A DNA stretch of 64,000 nt, taken from positions 64,001-128,000 of the forward strand of contig JBALDB010000046.1 of NCBI GenBank assembly GCA_036918135.1, in the 5' to 3' direction. Both the position numbers and the translations under genes were made by a program. Each line of letters begins with the position of its first letter. The stretch's first letter is position 1. Under the pieces are notes generated by a model. That model was not told the DNA's origin and did not search any database. It was given only the letters and a program-made list of their open reading frames with translations. This DNA is from Nostoc sp. GTDB lineage: Bacteria; Cyanobacteriota; Cyanobacteriia; Cyanobacteriales; Nostocaceae. Positions 22,769-33,694 of this stretch are shown one piece after another.

Positions 22769-23305
22769 TTAAAAACGGAGAAAATACATTAGCTGAGCGA
22801 TCGCATCACCAGGTAGTTCTAGCCGCCGCTGGAAATCAGCTAAGTTGTGAAAAGGGCCAGCAGATTGGCGATTTTGCACTACTGCTTGTGCTAAAGACAA
22901 ATCGAGAAAGGGAATTTGTGCTAAATTTTCGACTGTTGCTGTGTTGGGATTAACTAAATGCGTAGGACGATCTAAAGATTCTTGGTCATAATAACTAAAA
23001 TTTAATAGCGGTTTTAATGGTTCGAGTCGTGGTACTGGCATACCCAAAGCCGCAGCAATATCTTCTATACAGTAAAATTTCACACCTGAGAGTGAAAGTT
23101 CTACTAGCGATCGCGCTTGGTGAATTGACAAACCCGGTAGGCGTAACCAATCATCTACAGTTGCTTGATTAGCATCAATGCGGATACCTAATTTTGCCGC
23201 AATCTGAATTTCTTCTCCAGATTGCAAGCGATAGTAGGGATCGTTGAGCAGCTTAGCACGAAGTTTTTGCAGTTTCAAGTTGAAAGGTAGCCAATTGTCG
23301 ATCAT
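22769..23305 (-). CDS. ComEA-family helix-hairpin-helix DNA-binding protein
   Basis: Two HhH units (IDANQAT..LRLPGL; VNPNTAT..LAQIPFL). Confidence 0.85.
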   Translation of the reverse strand: MIDNWLPFNLKLQKLRAKLLNDPYYRLQSGEEIQIAAKLGIRIDANQATVDDWLRLPGLSIHQARSLVELSLSGVKFYCIEDIAAALGMPVPRLEPLKPLLNFSYYDQESLDRPTHLVNPNTATVENLAQIPFLDLSLAQAVVQNRQSAGPFHNLADFQRRLELPGDAIAQLMYFLRF

Positions 23306-23315
23306 TTTCGCTATC

Positions 23316-23690
23316 TCAAGAAATTTGGTCTAGCAGTTGGCGGCGTTTTTGCTCAAATTCATATTCTGAAATTAGTCCATCTTGACGTAGAGCATCTAAT
23401 TCACGCAAAGCATCAGCAACTGCTCCTACTTGATTACTCAGGCGCTGTGAATTCCTAGAAACTGACTTGCCTAGATTAAAATTGCGATCGAAAGCTTCTT
23501 CATCTTGGGCTAAATACCAAACTCCCTCAATAGCACTAGCTATCTTAGGAATAGGCGTCCAGGAAAGCAACACATACAAAATACCCCAAAAGTGCTGTCC
23601 CAGATAAAATTTATGTAATCCAGAAATTGTCAGCGTGCCAGAAAAAGCTAGAACAGCGGCAACACTTCGGCTTTTGCGCTTAGTCAACAT
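23316..23690 (-). CDS. TM2/NINE-domain membrane protein with C-terminal SHOCT domain
   Basis: GLHKFYLG (TM2) and LRQDGLISEYEFEQKRRQLL (SHOCT). Confidence 0.85.
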   Translation of the reverse strand: MLTKRKSRSVAAVLAFSGTLTISGLHKFYLGQHFWGILYVLLSWTPIPKIASAIEGVWYLAQDEEAFDRNFNLGKSVSRNSQRLSNQVGAVADALRELDALRQDGLISEYEFEQKRRQLLDQIS

Positions 23691-23928
23691 ATTCCTAACA
23701 AATATACGAGTACCACAGTTGTGACAGTCAAACAGCTATAAACAATTCAAAATTTTCAATCAATAAATACAATGGTGGCAACTATCCTGACTATATTCCT
23801 AAATTTTTTTTAATAGTGGTCATATAATTATTATTTTAGTTAACTACCCTACCTTGCCTTTGCAACTTTTGGTGCAAAGTTTCACGATTTAGTGTTTGAG
23901 AATAAACTTGAGTAGGTGTCATCTGACC

Positions 23929-24135
23929 AAGCCCCTTTGGGGCGGGTGTAGAGTCTAGGGTGTAGGGGGAAGAGTCTAGCCCCAAACATAAAGGTACAAG
24001 CCCCTGATTTCAATAACGGAAACAAAGAAAGATGTGTTTCAAGATACGTAGTACGAGAAACACAATGTCCTTACTTGAAACCCCTTGTTTTAAGAATGGG
24101 GTTCCCTACACCCCACATCCTAAACCTGCAACCCC
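23929..24135. repeat. Composite repeat: GGTGTAG/CTACACC arms around a core with IS200/IS605-like end hairpins
   Basis: AAGCCCCTGATTTCAATAACGG and GAAACCCCTTGTTTTAAGAATGGGGTT. Confidence 0.45.
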
Positions 24136-24195
24136 GTTCATTATGTATTGAGCTTTGATGCTAATTTTAAGTATTTAAGGGATCGGATTACTACG

Positions 24196-25122
24196 ATGTC
24201 ACAGACTTTCCTACCGCCAAAATGGCTTGAACAGCTTTGCGATCCTTTTGCTGTGCTAGGAATTTCCGTGACTGCTGACGATCGCCAACTTCTCAAACGC
24301 TATCACACTTTAGCAAAACTGCTGCATCCAGATGGCCAAACCAAAAGCAGCAATCCAGACCAAGAATTAGCAACGGCAATATTTAGCCATTTAATCAATC
24401 CAGCTTATGAACAGTTAAAAAACCAACATAAGCGCTTTAACGCTATAGCGATGCTACTCTCACAAGCAAGAGTCATCAAACAAGCTTTGTCTTCTGATGC
24501 CATAACTGAGGAAATTCGGCAAATGTCTGCACCCGAAGCAGAGTTATTTTATGAAGAAGCGATCGCCTGCTATGCAGAAGCGCAATACAAATCACTACAT
24601 CAGTTTTATCAAGTAACGCAACAAATTAGTATACTGAATTTAGCCTACTTACAATTGCATAAACCATATCTGTTGCTACCTGAAGAACCTCTGCCGATCA
24701 TCTCTCAGGTAGAAGTTAAGCCAGTTGAATTGACGTTATCTGAAAAAACTAATGTCAAACCAGTTTTGAAAAACTATGCTCAACGTCACTACGAGCGAGC
24801 TATTGAGTATACTAAACTAACCAACTGGACGCTAGCTGTCCGAGAACTCCGCGATGCCATCAAATTAGAGCCAAATAATAGTGATTATCACGCTTTATTA
24901 GGTTTTGTACATCTTCAACAAAAATTGTTAGGGATGGCTAGGGTTTATATCACTCAAGCATTAAAACTTAACCCGCAAGATTCACTAGCTTTGAAATGCG
25001 CTTCCAGACTGAAAATTCAACCTGGTGAAAACCCCAATCCGAAATCAATTGCTAAAGCTTTGAGTATTGCGGCCTTATTAGGTGGGTTTAGAGACGGGAA
25101 ACGTTCGCAAGTCAAGTGTTGA
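24196..25122 (+). CDS. DnaJ-domain plus TPR protein
   Basis: DPFAVLGI...LHPDG...INPAYEQL J-domain and C-terminal TPRs; ATG at 24196 preferred. Confidence 0.88.
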   Translation: MSQTFLPPKWLEQLCDPFAVLGISVTADDRQLLKRYHTLAKLLHPDGQTKSSNPDQELATAIFSHLINPAYEQLKNQHKRFNAIAMLLSQARVIKQALSSDAITEEIRQMSAPEAELFYEEAIACYAEAQYKSLHQFYQVTQQISILNLAYLQLHKPYLLLPEEPLPIISQVEVKPVELTLSEKTNVKPVLKNYAQRHYERAIEYTKLTNWTLAVRELRDAIKLEPNNSDYHALLGFVHLQQKLLGMARVYITQALKLNPQDSLALKCASRLKIQPGENPNPKSIAKALSIAALLGGFRDGKRSQVKC

Positions 25123-25248
25123 AATTTCGGTAATAAACCGCACTCAAACCGAAGCTTGGTGATTAGATTAATTGCCTAGACTAAAATAATAAATATAAGT
25201 CAAACTATTAAGCTACTGAGTCTGGGCGCTCAGTTTTATATACGCAAC

Positions 25249-25572
25249 ATGGGATTCTTCGATTCTGAGATAGTTCAGCAAGAAGCAAAGCAGTTGTTTG
25301 ATGATTATCAAGCACTTATCAAGCTTGGCAATGGCTACGGTAAATTTGACCGCGAGGGCAAAAAGCTATTTATTGAGCAAATGGAAGCCATGATGGAAAG
25401 GTATCGCATCTTTATGAAGCGCTTTGAGCTATCAGAAGATTTCATGGCACAAATGACAGTAGAGCAACTGAAAACCCAGTTAGGTCAGTTTGGTGTTACC
25501 CCGCAACAAATGTTTGACCAAATGCACCTCACTTTAGAACGGATGAAAACCGAGCTAGAAAAACAGTCTTAA
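25249..25572 (+). CDS. Conserved cyanobacterial protein (DUF1825-like)
   Basis: MGFFDSEIVQQEAKQLF..YGKFDREGK. Confidence 0.8.
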   Translation: MGFFDSEIVQQEAKQLFDDYQALIKLGNGYGKFDREGKKLFIEQMEAMMERYRIFMKRFELSEDFMAQMTVEQLKTQLGQFGVTPQQMFDQMHLTLERMKTELEKQS

Positions 25573-25764
25573 CATCAAGTTAGGAGCTAGGAGTTAGGAG
25601 TTATAAGTTATCTGAAATTATGTCTTTAAAACTTTGTTATTGACTTGATTTATCCAAAATTGTAATCTTGCGGAACTTTGGAAAACCTTATTGAACAAGA
25701 TATGAAGCCATATCAGGTCTGAGTTAGTTAATAACTCTTAACTCATCACTCATAACTCCTAACT

Positions 25765-27687
25765 TTAATTAGACTTGGGACGAGGAAACTGGGAAGGTGA
25801 CTTGAAGTTTTCTACTGGTACATTCTTAAGTGCCTTCTCCATAAAATCTTTCCAGATGGGAGCAACCATTCCACCACCAGTAGCATGGTCAGCTAACTGT
25901 CTATTATCGTCTCTCCCCACCCAGACAGCAGTGGTTAACTGGGGCACAGTGCCAACAAACCAAATATCTTTTTCTGAGGAAGTTGTACCTGTCTTCCCAG
26001 CAGCAGGGCGACCGATAGCAGCACCCTTACCTGTACCACTAGTAATTACTGTTCGCATCACATCGATAATCGTTGCCGAAGCCCAAGGGTCTAAAACAAG
26101 CTGCGGTTTCGGGGTGTTATCTAGTAACACGTTACCACTACTATCGCTGACACGGGCAATTACAGTAGGTGGCGACTGCCAACCATAATTAGCAAAGGTA
26201 GCATAAGCACTAGCCATTTCCAAGGGAGTGACACCAATTGCACCCAGAGGCAGAGAAGTAACAGGTTCCATCGGACTCATAATACCCAAGGTACGGCAGG
26301 TTTCGATGACTCTATTCATCCCTATAGCCTTACCAACCTTAATTACCGGAATGTTACGTGACTGAGCTAGAGCTGTACGAATTGGCATAGGGCCGCTAAA
26401 ACCGCCATCGTAATTTCTCGGATAGTACCAACCGTTACCATCTCGATAGCTGACTGGAGCATCTACCACTGTTGTATCTGGGGTATATTTACCGCTAGCA
26501 AAAGCAGTATAGTATACAAATGGTTTAAAGGAAGATCCTGGCTGCCGTTGAGCTTGAGTTGCCCGATTAAATTCACTAGTCTTAGGATCTATACCGCCCA
26601 CCAGTGCTTTAATAAAATGCGTGCGCGGATCGATTGACACCAAGGCCATTTGGTTTTTCGATAATCCTTGTCCCAAAAGTGATTGATGCCACTTAGCGAC
26701 AGTTTCCTCTGCCATAGCTTGGAAATTGGCGTCAACTGTAGTTTGCACTCGCATTCCGCCTTTAAGTAGTGCCTCACGCCCAAACTTCTTAGCCAACTCC
26801 TGCGCTACAGTATTGGTTATGTAAGGTAAAGCACTACCTTGAAAGGATTTGATTTTACCAAGTTTAATTTCTTGCTTGAGGGCATTATCATACTCTTGCT
26901 GGCTAATCCAATTCAATTCCAGCATCCGTCCGAGTACTTCTTTTTGTTTTTGTTTTGCGAGTTTCATACTCACAAACGGGCTGAATTCTTCTGGAGCTTG
27001 AATCAAACCTGCCATCATTGCTGACTCACCTAAGGTCAAATATTCTGATGACTTATTAAAGTAACTACGTGCCGCTGTCTGCACACCATAATTATTATGA
27101 CCCCAATAAACTTGATTGAGGTACATTTCCAAAATTTGGTCTTTAGTGAGAATTTGCTCTAAGCGAATGGCTAGTACTCCCTCTGCTAATTTGCGAGTAA
27201 AAGCACGCTTGTGAGTTAAAAACAGGTTTTTTACCAACTGCATGGTAATAGTAGAGCCACCTTCGCGCACTCCACCAGCTACCGCGTTAACTACTACAGC
27301 ACGTCCAACACCAGTAGGGTTAATACCGTGGTGATCGAAAAAGTGGCTATCTTCGCTTGCCAATACTGCTCGTTTGAGATTTGGGGAAATTCTATCTAAA
27401 GGAACTACTTCCCGGTTAGCTTCTCCGTGGACACTAGCTAAGAGTTTACCTTTAATGTCATAAATGTAAGTCGTTTCTGAAGGAAAGAAGTTACGTAGCT
27501 GTCTGACATCTGGCAAATTACGGAAACTAATCGCTAAACCAACCAGTCCTCCGGCTACAATGGAACTTGCCAGCATGGTGATTGATAGGAGAGTACCGCC
27601 AGTCACCTGACCAACTCCTTTCAAAAACTCAAAACCTGATGAAGCCCGACGTTGTGGCTGTTTCTCTTCAAAAGTCCTAGATGACAC
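25765..27687 (-). CDS. Class A penicillin-binding protein (PBP1A family)
   Basis: [14 protein letters not shown] transglycosylase; SSFK, SRN and KTG transpeptidase motifs. Confidence 0.95.
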   Translation of the reverse strand: MSSRTFEEKQPQRRASSGFEFLKGVGQVTGGTLLSITMLASSIVAGGLVGLAISFRNLPDVRQLRNFFPSETTYIYDIKGKLLASVHGEANREVVPLDRISPNLKRAVLASEDSHFFDHHGINPTGVGRAVVVNAVAGGVREGGSTITMQLVKNLFLTHKRAFTRKLAEGVLAIRLEQILTKDQILEMYLNQVYWGHNNYGVQTAARSYFNKSSEYLTLGESAMMAGLIQAPEEFSPFVSMKLAKQKQKEVLGRMLELNWISQQEYDNALKQEIKLGKIKSFQGSALPYITNTVAQELAKKFGREALLKGGMRVQTTVDANFQAMAEETVAKWHQSLLGQGLSKNQMALVSIDPRTHFIKALVGGIDPKTSEFNRATQAQRQPGSSFKPFVYYTAFASGKYTPDTTVVDAPVSYRDGNGWYYPRNYDGGFSGPMPIRTALAQSRNIPVIKVGKAIGMNRVIETCRTLGIMSPMEPVTSLPLGAIGVTPLEMASAYATFANYGWQSPPTVIARVSDSSGNVLLDNTPKPQLVLDPWASATIIDVMRTVITSGTGKGAAIGRPAAGKTGTTSSEKDIWFVGTVPQLTTAVWVGRDDNRQLADHATGGGMVAPIWKDFMEKALKNVPVENFKSPSQFPRPKSN

Positions 27688-27860
27688 GGCGATTTCACTT
27701 CCTCACTTGTAAATTTAACTGTAATTTATTGGGCGAAGCAAGGCGGTTAATTTTTTGCAATTATAGTAGTTTGGCAGATGAGAAAGTGGATAAATTGCCA
27801 GTGAATATAACCAACTTAACTTCTAGTGTACAAAGTATAGCTAACAGTGGGTCTTCTAGT

Positions 27861-29051
27861 ATGACGCAAGATATGAGTTGGTTGCGTCGTGGTGTAGTAG
27901 AAGTTTTTCCACAACCAGTTGATGTTAACAGTGAAACTCTAGAAAAGCGTTTATTAACTACAAACCAACCTTTGAGGATCAAATTGGGAATCGATCCTAC
28001 AGGTACTGATATTCATCTAGGTCATAGCATACCAGTACGAAAACTGCGAGCTTTTCAAGATGCTGGTCATATAGCAGTTCTAATTATTGGTGATTTTACA
28101 GCACGTATTGGCGATCCGACTGGGAAATCAGAGGTGCGTCGTCAGCTTACCCAAGCAGATGTAGCCCAAAATGCTCAGACTTATCTCGACCAAGTACGTC
28201 CTATTTTGGATTTTGACACACCAGGAAGGCTAGAGGTACGGTATAACTCTGAATGGCTTTCCCAACTCAATTTAGAGAAAATTTTAGAGTTACTCTCCAC
28301 AATGACGGTAGGGCAGATGTTAGCTAAAGAAGGATTTGCCGAACGCTACAAAAAAGAGAATCCGATTTTTATCCATGAGTTCCTGTACCCATTAATGCAA
28401 GGTTTTGATTCTGTTGCCGTTGAGGCAGATGTGGAATTAGGAGGAACCGATCAAAAATTTAACATTGCTGTAGGCAGAGATTTACAGCGCCATTTTGGTC
28501 AAAAGCCACAATTTGGAATGCTGCTGCCGATTTTGATTGGGACGGATGGGGTACAAAAAATGTCAAAGTCTTTAGGTAATTATATTGCATTGTCTGAACA
28601 TCCGGGTCAAAAGTATCAGAAGTTACAAGGAATACCAGATAATTTATTGGAGCAGTATTTTGAATTGTTGACAGATTTACCTTTAGATCGGCTGCCAGAA
28701 AATCCCCGCGATCGCCAAACACTCTTAGCATCGGAAGTTGTCAAACAGTACCACGGCCAAACAGCAGCTCAAGAAGCGAAAGAAGCCGCCCAAAGTGGCG
28801 GTAAGGAAGGTGCAGTTCCAGAATTCTCTTTAGCTGAGGTATCACAATTTCCTGTCAAATTAGCCTATCTTCTAAATGTGACTGGCTTGTGTAAAAGTAC
28901 AGGGGAAGGAAAGCGGAAAATTCAAGAAGGTGGAGTACGCTTAGATGGCGATCGCATTTCTGATGCCGATACCACTTTCGCTGCTGCTGCTGATTTACAA
29001 GGTAAAGTTTTACAAGTTGGCAAAAATAAATTTGTGCGTTTAGTGCTTTAA
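27861..29051 (+). CDS. tyrS: Tyrosine--tRNA ligase
   Basis: HLGH, KMSKS and C-terminal S4 domain; ATG at 27861 preferred. Confidence 0.97.
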   Translation: MTQDMSWLRRGVVEVFPQPVDVNSETLEKRLLTTNQPLRIKLGIDPTGTDIHLGHSIPVRKLRAFQDAGHIAVLIIGDFTARIGDPTGKSEVRRQLTQADVAQNAQTYLDQVRPILDFDTPGRLEVRYNSEWLSQLNLEKILELLSTMTVGQMLAKEGFAERYKKENPIFIHEFLYPLMQGFDSVAVEADVELGGTDQKFNIAVGRDLQRHFGQKPQFGMLLPILIGTDGVQKMSKSLGNYIALSEHPGQKYQKLQGIPDNLLEQYFELLTDLPLDRLPENPRDRQTLLASEVVKQYHGQTAAQEAKEAAQSGGKEGAVPEFSLAEVSQFPVKLAYLLNVTGLCKSTGEGKRKIQEGGVRLDGDRISDADTTFAAAADLQGKVLQVGKNKFVRLVL

Positions 29052-29064
29052 ATGGGAGTAGGGA

Positions 29065-29796
29065 ATGGGGAGTGGGGAATCGGCACAACAACGAGTAATA
29101 GTGGCTTTGGATATGCCGGACAAAGAAAGTGCGATCGCCCTTGTGGAGCGACTTGAGGAAGTGACTTTCTTCAAAGTAGGGTTGGAGTTATTTACCAGTA
29201 CTGGCCCGAAAATTCTAGAAATCCTCAAGTCGAAGCAAAAGCGCATTTTTCTGGATTTAAAGTTTCACGATATCCCCAACACCATTGCTGGTGCTTGTCG
29301 AGTTGCAGCCGATTATGGGGTAGATTTATTGACAATTCATGCTACGTGTGGCAGAGAAGCCCTGAAAGCTGCAACCGAGGCAGCACACCAAGGAGCTGCC
29401 CAAGCGGGTCTAAAACCACCTAAGTTAATTGCTATTAGTTTGTTAACAAGCATTTCTGCTAGACAGCTGGCATTTGATTTAAAAATTCCTTTAGAATTAT
29501 CAGAATACGCCTTAGAAATGGCATTAATGGCTCAAGAGGCGGGATTGGATGGGGCAGTTTGTTCGCCCCAGGAAGTGGCACAACTACGACAAACTTGTGG
29601 AGATAATTTTTTGTTAGTTTGTCCAGGAGTGAGACCGACTTGGGCAGACAAAGCCGATCAAAAGCGATCGCTCACTCCAGCACAAGCAATGATTGCTGGG
29701 GCAGATTACCTAGTGATTGGGCGTCCCATCACTACTGCTGCTGACCCTGAGCTAGCTTGGAAGAGAATTTGTGAGGATTTGAGTGCGATCGCATGA
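29065..29796 (+). CDS. pyrF: Orotidine-5'-phosphate decarboxylase
   Basis: [17 protein letters not shown] and VIGRPI. Confidence 0.97.
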   Translation: MGSGESAQQRVIVALDMPDKESAIALVERLEEVTFFKVGLELFTSTGPKILEILKSKQKRIFLDLKFHDIPNTIAGACRVAADYGVDLLTIHATCGREALKAATEAAHQGAAQAGLKPPKLIAISLLTSISARQLAFDLKIPLELSEYALEMALMAQEAGLDGAVCSPQEVAQLRQTCGDNFLLVCPGVRPTWADKADQKRSLTPAQAMIAGADYLVIGRPITTAADPELAWKRICEDLSAIA

Positions 29797-30422
29797 AGGC
29801 AGAAGTCAGAAATCAAATTTATGGCTTGTGGCTCGTAGCTTGTGGCTTCTGGTTTCTAATACCAAATACTTTTAATAACTCAGCATTTGCGAACAAATTT
29901 AACCCTAACCCCTCTTTGTTAGCAGAGAAGGGAAACGTCAACAATCAGCCGAAGTTCTTGTGTTCTGAGCAAGATTTAGAAACATTAATTACACATTTAT
30001 TACAAGATTTACCTAGTTACACTAATCGCGCTAGTCAACGCGCCCGTCGTCGCAGCCGCAGCGCCGATCTATACAGTTATATCCTGGTAGCAGGAAGACC
30101 TGAGTTTACTCCCTTACCCCTTAACCTGGAAGAATATAGTACAGATACTCCAGAAAGTGCTGCATCAGGAGTTGAGCAAGTTTTTTTTACTACTTTAGAG
30201 CGCCAGTACATAAGTAAGAAAGCAATAGAATTACAAGAATTTCACTGGTTACTGTTGACTAAAACTAAAAGTGGTTGGCGTCTAGTGATGATGTTTTCTC
30301 AAATCGGTGCTTATCCAAAAAAGCAGCCACCATCGCCACCACGCGATAGTAGTAATGGCACGATCGCTCAAGGAGTTAAAGCTTGGTTACGCGATTGTCA
30401 AGCAGGAAGTGTGCGTCAATAA
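29793..30422 (+). CDS. Conserved hypothetical exported protein
   Basis: ATGA overlap with pyrF; signal-like N-terminus; DLPSYTNR and FFTTLERQY. Confidence 0.75.
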   Translation: MKAEVRNQIYGLWLVACGFWFLIPNTFNNSAFANKFNPNPSLLAEKGNVNNQPKFLCSEQDLETLITHLLQDLPSYTNRASQRARRRSRSADLYSYILVAGRPEFTPLPLNLEEYSTDTPESAASGVEQVFFTTLERQYISKKAIELQEFHWLLLTKTKSGWRLVMMFSQIGAYPKKQPPSPPRDSSNGTIAQGVKAWLRDCQAGSVRQ

Positions 30423-30445
30423 GTAAATTAGGAGAATATAAAATA

Positions 30446-30898
30446 ATGTCTAAAATACTCACTCAAATTCTTTATGAACAGGATTATCAGTTATGGTTAG
30501 AAACTACATTGAAACAATTGCAAGAACGAGATTTAGAGCATCTTGATTGGGAGCATTTGATTGAGGAGATTGCAGCATTGGGTAATGAACAGAAACACAA
30601 GCTCGAAAGTTATCTATTGCAACTTCTCAAACATCTGCTTTTGTATCAACATTGGAGTCTTCCTGATTGGAAAAATCATTGGGAAGTAGAAATTGATAAT
30701 TTTCGGGTAGAACTCAGGAAATTAACCAAATCTAAAAACCTCTACAATTATCTACTCACAGTGATTGAGGAAGTATACATTGATGCATTACGACAAGCAA
30801 AAAAGAAAAGTAACTTAAATTGTTTTCCGAAAAGTTGTCCTTATACCATTGAGCAAATTTTAGATGTGGATTATTTGCCATCATTTAGCTATTTATAA
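30446..30898 (+). CDS. DUF29 family protein
   Basis: LYEQDYQLWL, LDWEHLIEEI and CPYTIEQILD; upstream AGGAG. Confidence 0.9.
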   Translation: MSKILTQILYEQDYQLWLETTLKQLQERDLEHLDWEHLIEEIAALGNEQKHKLESYLLQLLKHLLLYQHWSLPDWKNHWEVEIDNFRVELRKLTKSKNLYNYLLTVIEEVYIDALRQAKKKSNLNCFPKSCPYTIEQILDVDYLPSFSYL

Positions 30899-30900
30899 GG

Positions 30901-30980
30901 CAATACGGTCGAGTTAATAAAACTTCTCTGTCAAGGCAAGGGAACACAAAGAGAAAAACAAGCTTATCTGAACTGTATTG
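30901..30980. mobile_element. 80-bp MITE-like element
   Basis: Imperfect inverted ends CAATACGGTCGAGTTAA / TTATCTGAACTGTATTG. Confidence 0.55.
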
Positions 30981-31049
30981 ATTTAAAAGGTAGGCATCAC
31001 CCACCCTATACTTTCCAAAGTTTATGGGAAAATACCAGATAGTTGTTAA

Positions 31050-31730
31050 CTAATTAGTTGACTGGATTTCGTCTAACTTGGCACGCACTGCTTGAATATC
31101 CTGCCACATTAACCATTTGGGGCCGCCTCTTTCTTTAGAAGGGTTACGCAGCAAATAGGAAGGATGAAAAATTGGCATACACAAACGTCCTTCCCACTCT
31201 AGCCACTGTCCGCGAATTTTAGTAATCGCCCGCTTATCACCTGTTAAACCTTTGAGTGCAGTTGCACCTGTTAAGAGAATGATTTTGGGGTCAACTAAAC
31301 GAATTTGTTCTAGTAAATAAGGTTTGCAAGCCGTCATTTCTTCAGTAGTAGGAATTCTGTTATCTGGTGGACGGCATTTATTAATATTGGCAATGTATAC
31401 ATCTTGCTCAGTACTCAAATTCACAGATGCCAGAATTTTCTCTAGCAGCTGTCCTGATTTGCCCACAAATGGTAAACCTGTTTCATCTTCATTTTGACCA
31501 GGCGCTTCTCCCACAACCATTATTGGTGCTTTGAGGTTACCGCGTCCAACAACAGCATGGGTACGAGTGTTTCCCAATACACATCGGTGGCAGCGATCGC
31601 AATCCTGCGCCAACTTAGTGATAGCGGAATAAGTTCCGGGGGGGATAGGAATTTTTGCGTCTGTAGGAATCAGCTCTCGTTGGTCAAAGGTTGAGTCATC
31701 AAAAAGGCTGAGTTGGGTTTCGCTGCTCAT
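31050..31730 (-). CDS. Uracil-DNA glycosylase family 4
   Basis: CxxC, GEAPG, PFVG, KCRPP and FHPSYLLR. Confidence 0.93.
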   Translation of the reverse strand: MSSETQLSLFDDSTFDQRELIPTDAKIPIPPGTYSAITKLAQDCDRCHRCVLGNTRTHAVVGRGNLKAPIMVVGEAPGQNEDETGLPFVGKSGQLLEKILASVNLSTEQDVYIANINKCRPPDNRIPTTEEMTACKPYLLEQIRLVDPKIILLTGATALKGLTGDKRAITKIRGQWLEWEGRLCMPIFHPSYLLRNPSKERGGPKWLMWQDIQAVRAKLDEIQSTN

Positions 31731-31929
31731 GAAAATTACGATTTTGGTATCAGCACCAGTCTTGTTTAATTCAAGTATGTCTTTGGCTAGGTACTTATCA
31801 GAAATAGACTTCAGAAATAGACTTTTACTGAATACTTACTTATTTATACAAATCTTATTTTATCAGTTAATTTGAGACAAAATTCAGTCATCATAAAAGT
31901 AGTGCTGTTCTAAGACGCTGGGGGAAACT

Positions 31930-32625
31930 ATGTCACAGACCCCACTTTTCGCCGATCGCATCCATGCGGGTGAGGAGTTGGCGCGAGTAATTCACGAGCT
32001 TTTGACTCAGCAAACTATTGATTCTGGGGTAAAGCCTGTACCAATTGTTTATGCTTTGCCGAGAGGAGGTGTACCAGTAGCAGCACCAATAGCACGTCTT
32101 TTGGGTTGTCCGTTAACGATAGTTGTAGCAAAAAAAATTAGTCATCCAGAAAATCCAGAATTAGCAATTGGTGCAGTCACTAGTTCCGGAAATGTTCTTT
32201 GGACTGAGCAAAATCTACTTTACCCCAACCATGATACGCGCTGGCAAGAACTAGCTTTAAATAAAACCATTAAGCAAGCGAAGTTATTGGAAGAGCAATT
32301 AATTTCTGCTTGTCCACAGGTGAATCCAGAAGATGCGACGCTAATCTTAGTTGATGATGGCATTGCCACAGGTATGACTATGGCAGTTGCTGCTACTGCT
32401 ATCAAAGCCTTTTCTCCAGCAGCAGTTTGGTTATGTACTCCAGTAGCGCCACGAAAATTATTACCCTGGTTGAACCAATGGGGCGATCGCACAATTGTCT
32501 TGAACGCACCAGAAACTTTCTGGAGTGTGAGTAATTTTTACCTACACTTTCCTCAAGTGGAGATATTAGAAGTTATCGCGTATCTCCAGCAACAAAAAAG
32601 AATCGGCATGAATTTGAGCGAGTAA
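31930..32625 (+). CDS. Phosphoribosyltransferase family protein
   Basis: LPRGGVPVA and the ILVDDGIATG PRPP-binding loop. Confidence 0.9.
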   Translation: MSQTPLFADRIHAGEELARVIHELLTQQTIDSGVKPVPIVYALPRGGVPVAAPIARLLGCPLTIVVAKKISHPENPELAIGAVTSSGNVLWTEQNLLYPNHDTRWQELALNKTIKQAKLLEEQLISACPQVNPEDATLILVDDGIATGMTMAVAATAIKAFSPAAVWLCTPVAPRKLLPWLNQWGDRTIVLNAPETFWSVSNFYLHFPQVEILEVIAYLQQQKRIGMNLSE

Positions 32626-32636
32626 TTTTTAGTTTT

Positions 32637-32816
32637 TTATTTTCTTGCAAGAATTCCTGGAGCATAAGCCTCAATAACTTTGCCAGTAAGAGTGCAACTA
32701 ATCATCAAGTAGTCACAACTTGGGCATTGTGTCCGAGTTAAGTGATTATCAGTAATATAATAACGCTCAGCTTGGCTACCACAATTTGGGCAGTAAATCT
32801 TTTGTACTGTCTGCAT
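32637..32816 (-). CDS. 59-aa zinc-ribbon protein (not in the ORF track)
   Basis: MQTVQKIYCPNCGSQAERYYITDNHLTRTQCPSCDYLMISCTLTGKVIEAYAPGILARK; two CxxC pairs; AGAGG upstream. Confidence 0.8.
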   Translation of the reverse strand: MQTVQKIYCPNCGSQAERYYITDNHLTRTQCPSCDYLMISCTLTGKVIEAYAPGILARK

Positions 32817-33300
32817 TTTAAAACCTCTAGTTTTAATTATTTTTATTTAAAAAAGTTACTAGTTAAACCAGCAAAATTTCTGGTTCGACCCAACTTAACA
32901 AACTGTTGTGAGATTGACTAATTATTTTAAACAAAACTTTATGTTTAAAAAATTTTGGATATCTTTAATCTATTATTATAAAGTTTACGTGATTTTACCC
33001 TCCTACTTTAGATACATAAAATAGTTTTTTAATAGATTTTATTTAGAGATTGAGTGATCCCTATGGTTAATCCCTTGAGAGAGACTAATTTTTAGTTCTT
33101 TAAGACAAAAACAAGAAAAGCCTTGATTCTAATATTCAAAAATTAAAACTTCAAAAATACTGTATCTTTAGTTACAAAATCTCTGTCTTAAGATTTAGTT
33201 CATATTTACGAATAAAATTTATGAGATTAAAGGTTATGTTGCAAAAACTAGGATTGGTCTGATAAAAATGTAGTTGTGTCAACAGTCTTGTCTCAAAGTT

Positions 33301-33444
33301 ATACCAATTTGAAAAAAGAATGCGACAGATACATACGGACATACCTTTGTTCTGTCCGGCTTTCTTAATGCGTGAATTTTGCCGAAAGTCTGAGCGGAGG
33401 TTTCCTCCGATCGGAACTTTCCAAGACGAATTTTGAATTGGTAT
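33301..33444. mobile_element. MITE-like element with a nested palindromic repeat
   Basis: ATACCAATT/AATTGGTAT ends; inner CGGAGG-TTT-CCTCCG flanked by GAATTTTG direct repeats. Confidence 0.6.
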
Positions 33445-33636
33445 TAGTCTGTTGATGAACTGCAAAGAAGCGTTAACAACGTGCAAAGCATGAGATGCTC
33501 CGCCCTCGATTGTTTCCGATAGGAGATCGTCCTGCTATGTGTGCAGTAATACTTGAGATATTCACTCTCGGCTCGTCACTTTCAACAAATGATGCAACGG
33601 GCACTATTGGTAGCCACAACACCAACTAGACTCAAC

Positions 33637-33668
33637 AATAGAGCTTTTGACATCAAAAGCTCTATTTT
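33637..33668. terminator. Strong, possibly bidirectional terminator hairpin
   Basis: AATAGAGCTTTTG/CAAAAGCTCTATT 13-bp stem with a T run on the + strand; lies 3' of uvrC. Confidence 0.75.
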
Positions 33669-33694
33669 GCTGTATGCATATCTTTTTACCCATA

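Noticed and set aside
27681..27860. Long N-terminal extensions in the ORF track (tyrS; also uvrC, rpsJ, ndhE, ribD)
   Set aside because: Artefacts of longest-ORF calling; the recognisable proteins begin at downstream starts.
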